Position numbers and translations under genes: made by a program
Part shown: positions 47,136 through 55,714 of the stretch, one piece after another
How positions within the stretch are numbered: the first letter of the stretch is position 1
Layout of the letters: each line of letters starts with the position of its first letter
The notes under the pieces: model-generated
The model's database searches: none
Seen by the model: the letters and a program-made list of their open reading frames with translations, nothing else
What the model was told of the DNA's origin: nothing
Virus record (IMG/VR): IMGVR_UViG_3300002835_007523
Coordinates: 35,094-99,093 of that record
Reading direction: 5' to 3' (one strand)
Origin: a virus
DNA length: 64,000 nucleotides

Positions 47136-47156
47136 GGCTGTTATCTGATAACAGCC
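47136..47156. promoter_or_regulatory. operator-like palindrome GGCTGTTATC-T-GATAACAGCC before nrdJ
   Basis: Perfect inverted repeat in the 34-nt intergenic gap. Confidence 0.65.
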
Positions 47157-47166
47157 GTTATTTACC

Positions 47167-49200
47167 ATGAAAGGACACTTTGTGTTTTCGTTCAAATTAA
47201 CAGAAGATTTTGTATCCTCCTACCGTTCAAAGAGAGTGCCTTGGGGCTATACCGATGCAGGTGGAAATTCGGTAGGTGAGATAACTTTTATGCGAACATA
47301 CTCTCGCCTAAAAGAAGATGGAACCAAAGAAACCTGGGTAGATGTTTGCCGACGGGTTATCGAGGGAATGTACTCAATTCAAAAAGACCATTGCAAAACT
47401 AACCGCCTTCCTTGGAACGGTCAGCAGGCCCAGTCCTCTGCCCAAGAGGCTTTTGATCGCTTGTTCAACTTAAAGTGGACCCCACCCGGACGTGGTCTTT
47501 GGATGATGGGTACCCCGTTTGTAAATGAACACAGAAATTCGGCAGCACTTCAAAACTGCGCTTTCGTGTCTACCTCAGATATGTCAAAGCTAGATCCCGC
47601 TGCTCCTTTTGTATTCTTGATGGAAGCTTCAATGCTTGGAGTAGGGGTCGGTTTTGATACAAAGGGGGCGGATAAAGAGTTCACTATTTATGAGCCACAA
47701 AAAGGAGAAACCTATGTCGTCCCAGACACCAGAGAGGGGTGGGTCGAGTCGACCGCGCTCCTCATCAATGCTTACCTACGAGCAGATTCGAAAGCTCCAG
47801 TATTCGATTACAAAGAAATCCGTCCTGCAGGCACTCCGATCAAAACCTTCGGAGGAACAGCAGCCGGACCAGACCCATTAATTAGACTTCATAAAGCAAT
47901 AGATAAAATCTTTGTTAATAGGGCTGGAGATAGGATAACTACTAAGGACATTGTTGATATCGCAAACCTTATAGGCGTATGCGTAGTATCAGGAAACGTA
48001 CGTAGATCCGCTGAGCTGGCTTTAGGTCAACCAACAGATATAAACTTTGTTAATTTGAAGAACCCCGAAAAGTTCCCAGAACGCAATAGTTATGATCCAG
48101 AGAATCCTGGTTGGGGATGGATGTCTAATAACTCCCTTGAGGCTACAGTTGGGATGGATTACTCCCCATATGTGGAGGCTATTGCTTTAAACGGTGAGCC
48201 CGGGTTTATTTGGCTTGATGTATCTAGAAAGTATGGGCGCCTCAATGACCCAGAAAATAACAAAGATTATAGAGCGGCTGGTTATAACCCTTGCGCTGAG
48301 CAGACTCTCGAGAGCTACGAGTGCTGTACCTTGGTGGAAACCTATATCAACCGGCACGAAGATCTTAAAGACTATCTAAGAACTTTGAAGTTTGCCTATC
48401 TTTATGCCAAAACTGTAACTTTAATTCCTACACATTGGCCTCACACAAATGCCATCATGCAGCGCAATCGTAGAATCGGCTGCTCTGTATCTGGTTTGGC
48501 AGCTTTTGCTGATACAAAGGGACTACCCAAGTTAAGGGAGTGGCTAAACTCCGGGTACTCTGAGGTTCAAAAGTGGGACCATATGTATTCTGAGTGGTTA
48601 TGCGTCAGAGAATCGATCAAGACAACAAGTATTAAACCTTCAGGAACTGTATCTATTCTTGCTGGCGAGACTCCCGGAGTACATTGGCCAATCGGTGGGC
48701 AATATGTTCTTCGTTCAATACGCTTTGCAAAGATAGACCCAATGATTAAGCTCTTTAAGAAGGCCGGATACATAGTAGAAGACTCCGTTACAGATCCGGA
48801 AAACACAGCCGTTGTTTACTTCCCAATTAAGAGCATCCCGGTACGTCCTGAGAAGGAAGTAACAATCTTTGAAAAGGCAAACCTTGCCGCCCTTGCTCAA
48901 CAGTATTGGGCAGACAACTCAGTATCAGTAACTCTTAGCTTTGATAGGGAGTCAGAGGCTACCCATATAGGCACAGTATTACACATGTACGAAGGAAGAC
49001 TCAAGACTGTAAGCTTCCTTCCGCAGGGTAAGGACGTTTATCCTCAACAGCCTTATACTGAGATTACTGAGCAGGAATACTCTAAGTACGTAGGCAAACT
49101 AAAGCCAATAGATCTGTCTACAATTTACGGCGGTAATGCTGTAGAGGGTTCTGGAGAGGCTTACTGCACAACCGATGTCTGCGAAATAAAGATTGGATAG
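47167..49200 (+). CDS. nrdJ: class II (B12-dependent) ribonucleotide reductase
   Basis: PPGRGLW, NCAF, GNVRRSAE, NPCAEQ.L, KPSGTVS, C-terminal CTTDVC; no small subunit nearby. Confidence 0.93.
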   Translation: MKGHFVFSFKLTEDFVSSYRSKRVPWGYTDAGGNSVGEITFMRTYSRLKEDGTKETWVDVCRRVIEGMYSIQKDHCKTNRLPWNGQQAQSSAQEAFDRLFNLKWTPPGRGLWMMGTPFVNEHRNSAALQNCAFVSTSDMSKLDPAAPFVFLMEASMLGVGVGFDTKGADKEFTIYEPQKGETYVVPDTREGWVESTALLINAYLRADSKAPVFDYKEIRPAGTPIKTFGGTAAGPDPLIRLHKAIDKIFVNRAGDRITTKDIVDIANLIGVCVVSGNVRRSAELALGQPTDINFVNLKNPEKFPERNSYDPENPGWGWMSNNSLEATVGMDYSPYVEAIALNGEPGFIWLDVSRKYGRLNDPENNKDYRAAGYNPCAEQTLESYECCTLVETYINRHEDLKDYLRTLKFAYLYAKTVTLIPTHWPHTNAIMQRNRRIGCSVSGLAAFADTKGLPKLREWLNSGYSEVQKWDHMYSEWLCVRESIKTTSIKPSGTVSILAGETPGVHWPIGGQYVLRSIRFAKIDPMIKLFKKAGYIVEDSVTDPENTAVVYFPIKSIPVRPEKEVTIFEKANLAALAQQYWADNSVSVTLSFDRESEATHIGTVLHMYEGRLKTVSFLPQGKDVYPQQPYTEITEQEYSKYVGKLKPIDLSTIYGGNAVEGSGEAYCTTDVCEIKIG

Positions 49201-49207
49201 GAAATAA

Positions 49208-49372
49208 ATGGCACCAATTGACGAAGATGATTGGGACTGGGACAAGATACAGGAAGAATCAGATGGCCCAGATTTTGAAGAAGAGTACGACTCTATTGAT
49301 TGGGACGAAGACGCCCTTGATGAAGAGGAGTTGGAAGATTGGGACTTTGAAGAAGAGGACGAAGAGGTCTAA
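49208..49372 (+). CDS. extremely acidic 54-aa protein (absent from ORF track)
   Basis: MAPIDEDDWDWDKIQEESDGPDFEEEYDSIDWDEDALDEEELEDWDFEEEDEEV; AGGA RBS. Confidence 0.7.
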   Translation: MAPIDEDDWDWDKIQEESDGPDFEEEYDSIDWDEDALDEEELEDWDFEEEDEEV

Positions 49373-49412
49373 CTTCGCGGAATGGGCATACGTATGCCTG
49401 CCTGCCTGCCTG

Positions 49413-49426
49413 CCAACACAAACATT
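49413..49426 (+). repeat. CCAACACAAACATT motif, copy A
   Basis: Exact 14-mer also at 59153-59166 and 61688-61701 on the - strand. Confidence 0.85.
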
Positions 49427-49432
49427 TTAAGA

Positions 49433-49506
49433 CCAATCGCAAGAGAAGAACGGCACGTAACAACTCTTGCGATTGGCCCCTGTCTTGGTGGGAGAAGCCA
49501 CCAAGA
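49433..49506. terminator. two hairpins at the convergence of both arms
   Basis: CCAATCGCAAGAG/CTCTTGCGATTGG and TCTTGGTGG/CCACCAAGA. Confidence 0.6.
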
Positions 49507-49509
49507 ATA

Positions 49510-50139
49510 TTATGCTGTTGCTTCTTCTTGTTCTTTAGCTTTTGCTCTTAAGTCTGCATAGTAGGCTGTTGATTTATCCAGCCATTGCTGTGCAACGGCT
49601 AGGTTTTTTTCTGTCTCCTCATGGTCTGCCGGATCTATTTGAAGTTCCATAAACCTAGAGGGTGCTCTAGTAAGTGATTCAGAAGGGTCTAAGAAGATGT
49701 GCCTGTACGTATACTTTTCTGCGTCACTCCACGTAATTGTCGCAGCCTGTGTATACATGCGGCTATTTTCTATATAGTATTTCCAGCGCTCGCCATCTTC
49801 CCCAACCCATTCCATGCTGGAACCTTCAGTTGTCCATGGAGCCATAACCCCAATGAATAAATCTTCTTGACCGGTTTTGGAGTTGTATCCAACAAGTCTG
49901 AAGGTGTTAGGTTTAGTTCCAGGCTCTGTTTCAAAGCCTAGTTTATTAAATACTGACTCGACTGATTTTGCATTTTCTATGTCAGAGTCATTCATCCAAG
50001 AGAACCACTTGTCTCCGTTAGATGATCCGCCACGTTTGATGGCGTGATACTTCTTTGGCATAGATCTAATAGCTTGTAAAGATCTTGGATTATCCTCAAT
50101 CTCCCAATCAGAACTATGCAGCTCTACGTAGTATCCCAT
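49510..50139 (-). CDS. hypothetical protein
   Basis: 209 aa, AGGAGG RBS. Confidence 0.8.
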   Translation of the reverse strand: MGYYVELHSSDWEIEDNPRSLQAIRSMPKKYHAIKRGGSSNGDKWFSWMNDSDIENAKSVESVFNKLGFETEPGTKPNTFRLVGYNSKTGQEDLFIGVMAPWTTEGSSMEWVGEDGERWKYYIENSRMYTQAATITWSDAEKYTYRHIFLDPSESLTRAPSRFMELQIDPADHEETEKNLAVAQQWLDKSTAYYADLRAKAKEQEEATA

Positions 50140-50164
50140 TTCTTTCCCTCCTAGTTGGTTTTGT

Positions 50165-50404
50165 TTATAGCTTCACTTCAACTACACAGCTGAAGATCTT
50201 GTTGTCATCAGATGCTACCCAAGGTAAACGACCTCGGTTTAGAACACTGGCTGCCCAACGCTTTGCTGGAGCAAGGCTGCCCCAAGCTGAGTAACGGGTT
50301 GGGATGTCATCGGCTCCGCCCACTACCTTTACGTGTGCTAACCACGCTCCGCCCTTTTCCTGGTTTTTTTCTAGCATTACTTGATACTGCACTTTTGCTC
50401 GCAC
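50165..50404 (-). CDS. hypothetical protein
   Basis: AAGGAG before GTG; overlaps the tail of the upstream gene. Confidence 0.65.
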   Translation of the reverse strand: MRAKVQYQVMLEKNQEKGGAWLAHVKVVGGADDIPTRYSAWGSLAPAKRWAASVLNRGRLPWVASDDNKIFSCVVEVKL

Positions 50405-50873
50405 GTTTTGCTCCTTTTGTATTTTGTCTTGTTTTATATACTGTTACACGAAGAGTTCCATCTTCCTTTGGCCATTTGTATGGCAAGTCCTCTGGAACAG
50501 CAAACGTGTAGTGAAGAGGATCTTTACGTTTTAGGTTAGATTGATGGCTCTCGTGAAACTCTTGATTGCCCATCCACCATGGCCTTGATATATCCGGGGG
50601 GATCTCCTTCATTAACTCAGCAACCTGATTGGCTACTGAATCCTTATAACCTCGGTTAACCCACTCTACACACATGGCGAGTGTGTATACGCATAGGCTT
50701 CCCTCATGTCCACGCCACATTACTGCAGCGGGATGATTGCGCCAACCTTTTGTATAACCAAGATTGACCCGTAGTATTTGTAGTGCTTCTACACGCTGTT
50801 TGCCTAGACGTTTGTTGTCTAGGCTGGCGGCAGTCTTTGCATAGTCTGGATATGGAAGGAAAGTATTTACCAT
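50307..50873 (-). CDS. pyrimidine-dimer DNA glycosylase family (MSMEG_6728-like)
   Basis: TFLPYPD..LDNKRLGKQRVEALQI..HPAAVMWRG..HESHQSNL.RKDP.HY. Confidence 0.88.
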   Translation of the reverse strand: MVNTFLPYPDYAKTAASLDNKRLGKQRVEALQILRVNLGYTKGWRNHPAAVMWRGHEGSLCVYTLAMCVEWVNRGYKDSVANQVAELMKEIPPDISRPWWMGNQEFHESHQSNLKRKDPLHYTFAVPEDLPYKWPKEDGTLRVTVYKTRQNTKGAKRASKSAVSSNARKKPGKGRSVVSTRKGSGRSR

Positions 50874-51067
50874 TAGTCTTCCTCCTCAACCTCTGTAACT
50901 TCCCACGCTTCAGTGCCTTCCCACTCTAATGGTTCCGGCAGAGTAGCTTTTTCAAGAAGTAAAGATAGTTCTTCTTCACCAGCACCTCTGGCTTCGTAGT
51001 CATCTTCAGCTTCTATTGTAGTTTCATAGTAGACGGATGATTTTACCTGCACTGTGAACTTGGCCAT
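50873..51067 (-). CDS. small acidic hypothetical protein
   Basis: TAATG coupling. Confidence 0.7.
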   Translation of the reverse strand: MAKFTVQVKSSVYYETTIEAEDDYEARGAGEEELSLLLEKATLPEPLEWEGTEAWEVTEVEEED

Positions 51068-51306
51068 TATTCCTCCTCTCTTGCGTTAAAGCCAATCTTT
51101 TTAAGATCTTTGTAGATCTCAAGAGTTGTTCTATAGTCCGCACTTCTTCCTGAAGAGATTACTATAACTTGATTGGTTTTTGGATTTTTTATACGAATAT
51201 GACCTCTTGATGTTTGAGATATCTGAAGTCCGTTTTTCGAAAGCTTTGCTACTAGCTTTCTCATATCCTTGTCCTTCAGCCGTAGCGTAGCCATCTGGTA
51301 TATCAT
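51067..51306 (-). CDS. HicA-like protein
   Basis: LSKNGLQISQTSRGHIRIKNP..DLKKIGF with conserved GH. Confidence 0.6.
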   Translation of the reverse strand: MIYQMATLRLKDKDMRKLVAKLSKNGLQISQTSRGHIRIKNPKTNQVIVISSGRSADYRTTLEIYKDLKKIGFNAREEE

Positions 51307-51312
51307 TCATGC

Positions 51313-51507
51313 TCACCCCCCATCCTTCTCGTCCATGTTTGTTACGGAAAGCAGTTTGACATGCTCGCCGCCTCTGAGGAAGTCTTTGTTGATGCCGTTC
51401 TTAAGGAACTGGTCGTAGAACCATAAGTCCCATGCTTGCTGTTCGTATGGCTCATTTACACGGCCCTCATAGATTTGCACCTCAAAGACTACTTTTAGTC
51501 TAAGCAT
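51313..51507 (-). CDS. hypothetical protein
   Basis: TAATG coupling. Confidence 0.7.
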   Translation of the reverse strand: MLRLKVVFEVQIYEGRVNEPYEQQAWDLWFYDQFLKNGINKDFLRGGEHVKLLSVTNMDEKDGG

Positions 51508-52136
51508 TACTCGTCCTCTCCTTCTACTTGTAGTTTTTCATCTTTAAGCGCAGCTAAAGCAAGAAGACTGGAGAAACCTCCTTCCCCATCCATCTGTGCT
51601 TGAAACGATCTGTAGCTCATTGGATTGAACCAGCGCTTTAGCATCTTGCCAGCCTTGACTAGCAAGAAACCGCAGGTGTTGTGTTTATCTGTTGTGTCCA
51701 CGTCAAAGGACATATGAAACATTAAGTTAGGATGCTCTTCGCTAAAGCGTCGATATGCATGTAGCGGCGGGATACATTGAGTTACATAGCTGTACGCAAC
51801 GATCCTATTTGCAACCATGCCAGTGTTTAGATTTGCGGTTAGCATCTCTGTTTCTTCATCATCAAGCTCCACGTCGGCTGTAAGTTTTACCTCCATGAAG
51901 TCTTTGAATACACCCCAGTTTTCATCCTTCCAGGTCATAGGATCTATTGCCCCGTATTTCTCTAGCATTGATGGGGTTATTAGATTGGGATCCAAAGACT
52001 TTACTTCGTCTGGAATTGGGATTGCTTTTTCTAACGATATTGGCGATTCAGAAGTAGAGACCCAGTCCATAAACGACTGTATGTCTTCTTTGTTGCCAAG
52101 AACCGTCATCTTATTTTTACATGCTGGTTCGTGCAT
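51507..52136 (-). CDS. DUF1281/YubB-like protein
   Basis: CKNKMTVLG..F..IPIP..WKDENWG..PP. Confidence 0.55.
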   Translation of the reverse strand: MHEPACKNKMTVLGNKEDIQSFMDWVSTSESPISLEKAIPIPDEVKSLDPNLITPSMLEKYGAIDPMTWKDENWGVFKDFMEVKLTADVELDDEETEMLTANLNTGMVANRIVAYSYVTQCIPPLHAYRRFSEEHPNLMFHMSFDVDTTDKHNTCGFLLVKAGKMLKRWFNPMSYRSFQAQMDGEGGFSSLLALAALKDEKLQVEGEDE

Positions 52137-52372
52137 TATTCGTGCCCTTCTTCTAGATGTTTTATGGCTATTGCTTTTGTATGTTTGGCGGTCTGTTCTC
52201 TAGACCAATTGCCAACTATTTCAAACAGCGTACCCTCTTTCTCAAGTTCGTCAAGTACAACCATAGCTACGTGTACTGCTTGCTCGATTATCATGGGTTT
52301 GATCATATCTGGGACGTCAGACATATCCGGTAAGCAACCGAAGTTGTCGTTGTCCTTATTTTCTTCTGCCAT
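52136..52372 (-). CDS. hypothetical protein
   Basis: GAGG RBS, coupled to next gene. Confidence 0.7.
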   Translation of the reverse strand: MAEENKDNDNFGCLPDMSDVPDMIKPMIIEQAVHVAMVVLDELEKEGTLFEIVGNWSREQTAKHTKAIAIKHLEEGHE

Positions 52373-52395
52373 TTCTTTCCCCTCTCGTTGCTTTA

Positions 52396-52968
52396 TTAGT
52401 CTTCGACCGCAGTGTTTGTTGCGGTGACTAATTTGTTCTCAAGGTCAGTAACGAATATCTGTATGTCTTCGTAGAACTTAGCGTCAACATACTGTTCGTC
52501 TGAGATCTTGAGCAACTCGATCATTGCAGACATGCGGTCATACTTAGAGCCTAGGCTCTTGCCACGACCGTACTGCCCTGCGTTCTCTTCCTTCACCCAT
52601 TCCTGGATTATTTGAAGAGCTTCTTTGGATACCGGACTACCCTTTGGTTTCATTGGCCAGGTAGGTATATCTCTAGATTGGATAGTAAAGCTAACAGTTC
52701 CTGGACCCATACCATCACCGTTGTTTCTATAGTGATAGCGATCTATGTTGGTATTGATATCGATGCTACTAATTGTTGGTATAAGACTCAACAGATATTC
52801 TCTATTGCTCTCTGCCCAACGATCGTAGTCGAATCGCTCTACCTGCGTGCTCAAGGCTTTATACTTTTCTATAATTGCCTTGTTCTTTTCCATACGAGTA
52901 ATAGCATCTACTCGTCTAATCAGAAACGGTGCTGTAGACCGTCTCGTCCTCTGAGTCGTTGTTGACAT
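52396..52968 (-). CDS. hypothetical protein
   Basis: 190 aa, GAGGAG RBS. Confidence 0.75.
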   Translation of the reverse strand: MSTTTQRTRRSTAPFLIRRVDAITRMEKNKAIIEKYKALSTQVERFDYDRWAESNREYLLSLIPTISSIDINTNIDRYHYRNNGDGMGPGTVSFTIQSRDIPTWPMKPKGSPVSKEALQIIQEWVKEENAGQYGRGKSLGSKYDRMSAMIELLKISDEQYVDAKFYEDIQIFVTDLENKLVTATNTAVED

Positions 52969-53230
52969 CAGGTTCTCCTCTCTTGTATGATATTGGTTCT
53001 ACTTTAGGTGTTTCCTTTGTATTGCTTGCAGTGAGTATCTTGTCCATATCTTCTGTCTCTAGATTGTTGAGCGCCCATTCCTGAGGCTCAAGCAATTCAT
53101 GTATATCGAAGTTGGAGATATCACTATCTGCTACGAGGTCTGCTGCCTCTAAGCAGAATATGTATGCGTCGTGGTCTGTATCAAACGGACCTATTGCATC
53201 ATTTGTTAGTGTGTCTAGAACGATGTACAA
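52916..53230 (-). CDS. acidic hypothetical protein
   Basis: 104 aa in an overlapping gene chain. Confidence 0.65.
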   Translation of the reverse strand: MYIVLDTLTNDAIGPFDTDHDAYIFCLEAADLVADSDISNFDIHELLEPQEWALNNLETEDMDKILTASNTKETPKVEPISYKRGEPDVNNDSEDETVYSTVSD

Positions 53231-53703
53231 TCTGTTTCACTCCCATCTCCACTGAGCATACTAAGCTCTAGCTCTTCTGCTGCTATTTGATTTGGTAACT
53301 TGCAGTCGTTTACCATTTCTGCACGAGTGCTAAGCATGTCAACTCCCTTGACCGCTCCGATTTGCATACCGACTATAGCCTTGGCATATAGTTGTATGAA
53401 CTTGTGGTCGCTGTCAACGGCCATACCCATAGCCACGATTTCTTTTGCCTTATCTACGTCTGCTTTAGGACCACCTAGTAGGTATTGTCCTGCAGCAATA
53501 GATAGGGGAGATATTGCCATCTTTGGGTTGGATGAGTTGTTTTGTATGTCCTTGGCTAGGTTTTCCCAGAACAGCGGATCATACTTGTTGAAGTCAGCAA
53601 AGTCTCTGAAGGTTTCCTTATAGTTTATAAGAACTATCATTCGAGAGATGTCTTTGCTATCTGCTCTATCCTTGAGTCCATCAAGGATTATCTTTCTGTA
53701 CAT
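53215..53703 (-). CDS. hypothetical protein
   Basis: GGAGG RBS. Confidence 0.75.
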   Translation of the reverse strand: MYRKIILDGLKDRADSKDISRMIVLINYKETFRDFADFNKYDPLFWENLAKDIQNNSSNPKMAISPLSIAAGQYLLGGPKADVDKAKEIVAMGMAVDSDHKFIQLYAKAIVGMQIGAVKGVDMLSTRAEMVNDCKLPNQIAAEELELSMLSGDGSETDCTSF

Positions 53704-53713
53704 ATACCCTCCC

Positions 53714-55705
53714 TTATATTCTCTGTTTTTTCTTAATTGCTCCGACCACTACTTCCTTAGCCAAAGCAAGTAAGTCTTTGCTTGAGTTAACTCGCTTAAA
53801 CAATTCAGCACCATGTTGTAGCTCATACTCCGGGCTACCATACTTGTTGATTGCTTGCTGGTTTCTCTCTTCTATGGAGGCATAGTCTCTGTCACGCATG
53901 ATTAACACCATCGTGGTCAAGATACCCCGCTTGCTGATGCGTTTAATTACATCATCATTTTTATCAGAGTTAAAGACACCGTCCGTAATCATGAACAGCA
54001 TCTTATTCTTACGTTGAGATGACAGTAGTACTTTTTCTGCCATCAGTAACGACTCGTATGGATCGGTACCGCCATTGCCATAGATGAACTTGTACTTGGT
54101 ACGTTCAGCTTTCTGGGCTCTTGTGTATGCGATCTCTGTCTTGTCGTCAAATGCATAGACAGTTACTGGACAGTCTATGTGCTCTAAAGCACGTTTAATA
54201 GTCCAGCACATTAGAGATGCTTGACGATCGTTATTGTCACTGTTCATTGAGCCAGAACGATCGATCAAGATAACAGCTTCTATGTCTGTGCTGTCATCCC
54301 CTTCAGTCCAACGGTCAAAGGCTTCTTCGGCATTCCTATTGCGTATAAACCTACGCACATTCAGCTTGCCGGAAGATACTCCCCTGAACCAGTGTGGTTC
54401 TGAGTCATCTCTAAGCTTTTGTAGTTCGTGTGAGAATTTCTTGTAGTCTAGAAGATTAACTGGTGGGACAGGGACAGAGTCAAAGACTCCAGCCTCGGCC
54501 TCATCGAAATCTTCACGACCAGTTATGATTACTCGCTGCTTTCTGCGTATATCACGTAGAACATCTTTACGTGAATATATGTCTTCTAAAGCATCTTGTA
54601 TATCATCCATTAGATCATTGGGTATACCACCGAAACTCTTGTGGTGTCCGCTACCAGCATTCAAAGAGATCTGATCTTCTAACTCTGGGTCGAGTTGATC
54701 AATGCGTTCTTTGTTTTGCTGACGCAGTTCAAGAGCTTCTTCAGCATTCTGTGGAATTGTTGTAGAACTTATTGGTACTCCATTACCACCTTTTACGATG
54801 GATGATGATTCTTCCGAATCGTCCGGGCCAACTGGGAATCCACAGCCACCAGGCCATTCTTCTTGTTCCTCAGTAACGTCTTGCGGAGTTGCTGGGTCTT
54901 TGGGTGTATAGACTGACTCTCTTGTACCCATGTTTGCAGCAACCTTTGCGTCACGTTCTTGAGCTTTGCCTGGTTCTGGTCTACCCTTGATTAACGGTAG
55001 TCTGTCCATACATCCAGCATGTCCAGCATTCATCATCTCTTGATCTAGCTCATCAAGTACGAGCTTTTGAAACTCCTCGATCAATTGTTGAGCACGTTTG
55101 TAGTCTCTTGGAAATGCTAAGAGTCTGTACTCATCAATGATGCGTTGAATGTCTGGAATTAGTTCTGGTTTGTAGAACATATCTCTAAACGCTTCTCTGA
55201 TATGAACTGGCAAGTAACGTCTACCATAAAGCATTGGGTAGTTTGTCACTGCAGTATCTGGAGTTGCCGCTGCATGCTTGAGTGCAATCTCTTGCAAGTA
55301 GGGCATGACTGATGGATACCTTGCAATGAACAACGTCTCGCATCGTGCGTCCTCCAACAGGTTAAACGCCATGTAAAAACCTGTATCAATGACCCACTTG
55401 ATTATCGTTGTTCCTTTGCGAGGAGAATAGAAGTGATGAGCCAATTCGTGATAGTTAAGACCAGTCACGTTAGTCAGCGTTTCTATATCCATTTCGTCTA
55501 TCTTTGAAGCATTTAGCCAGATCGTTTCACCATCCGACCACGCTGCTGCGTGACCTTCTTTAACGACCTGAACAGTGATAGGATCGCCAGTTAGAACTCG
55601 ATCAGCACCCTCATACACTCTGGCAAGTGTTGAGAGTTGGAGTGCTCGAATCTGTTCTTTCTCAGATCGAAACTCTCCTTGTTCTATCTCATCTACATAT
55701 CCCAT
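53714..55705 (-). CDS. VWA-domain protein with N-terminal HExxH (CobT-like MoxR partner)
   Basis: NYHELAHH..FNLLEDAR; MIDAS DRSGS, GGT, ITDG. Confidence 0.88.
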   Translation of the reverse strand: MGYVDEIEQGEFRSEKEQIRALQLSTLARVYEGADRVLTGDPITVQVVKEGHAAAWSDGETIWLNASKIDEMDIETLTNVTGLNYHELAHHFYSPRKGTTIIKWVIDTGFYMAFNLLEDARCETLFIARYPSVMPYLQEIALKHAAATPDTAVTNYPMLYGRRYLPVHIREAFRDMFYKPELIPDIQRIIDEYRLLAFPRDYKRAQQLIEEFQKLVLDELDQEMMNAGHAGCMDRLPLIKGRPEPGKAQERDAKVAANMGTRESVYTPKDPATPQDVTEEQEEWPGGCGFPVGPDDSEESSSIVKGGNGVPISSTTIPQNAEEALELRQQNKERIDQLDPELEDQISLNAGSGHHKSFGGIPNDLMDDIQDALEDIYSRKDVLRDIRRKQRVIITGREDFDEAEAGVFDSVPVPPVNLLDYKKFSHELQKLRDDSEPHWFRGVSSGKLNVRRFIRNRNAEEAFDRWTEGDDSTDIEAVILIDRSGSMNSDNNDRQASLMCWTIKRALEHIDCPVTVYAFDDKTEIAYTRAQKAERTKYKFIYGNGGTDPYESLLMAEKVLLSSQRKNKMLFMITDGVFNSDKNDDVIKRISKRGILTTMVLIMRDRDYASIEERNQQAINKYGSPEYELQHGAELFKRVNSSKDLLALAKEVVVGAIKKKQRI

Positions 55706-55714
55706 TTATTGCTC

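Noticed and set aside
47133-47166. Cobalamin riboswitch or NrdR box upstream of nrdJ
   Set aside because: The gap is only 34 nt and the palindrome does not match the NrdR consensus.
23602-49200. Inteins or introns in dnaB, polA, recA, nrdJ
   Set aside because: Lengths are ordinary, frames are uninterrupted and no splicing motifs were seen.
49218-49430. 70-aa ORF in the provided track
   Set aside because: TTG start without RBS; the overlapping frame 49208-49372 has an RBS, an ATG and coherent composition.
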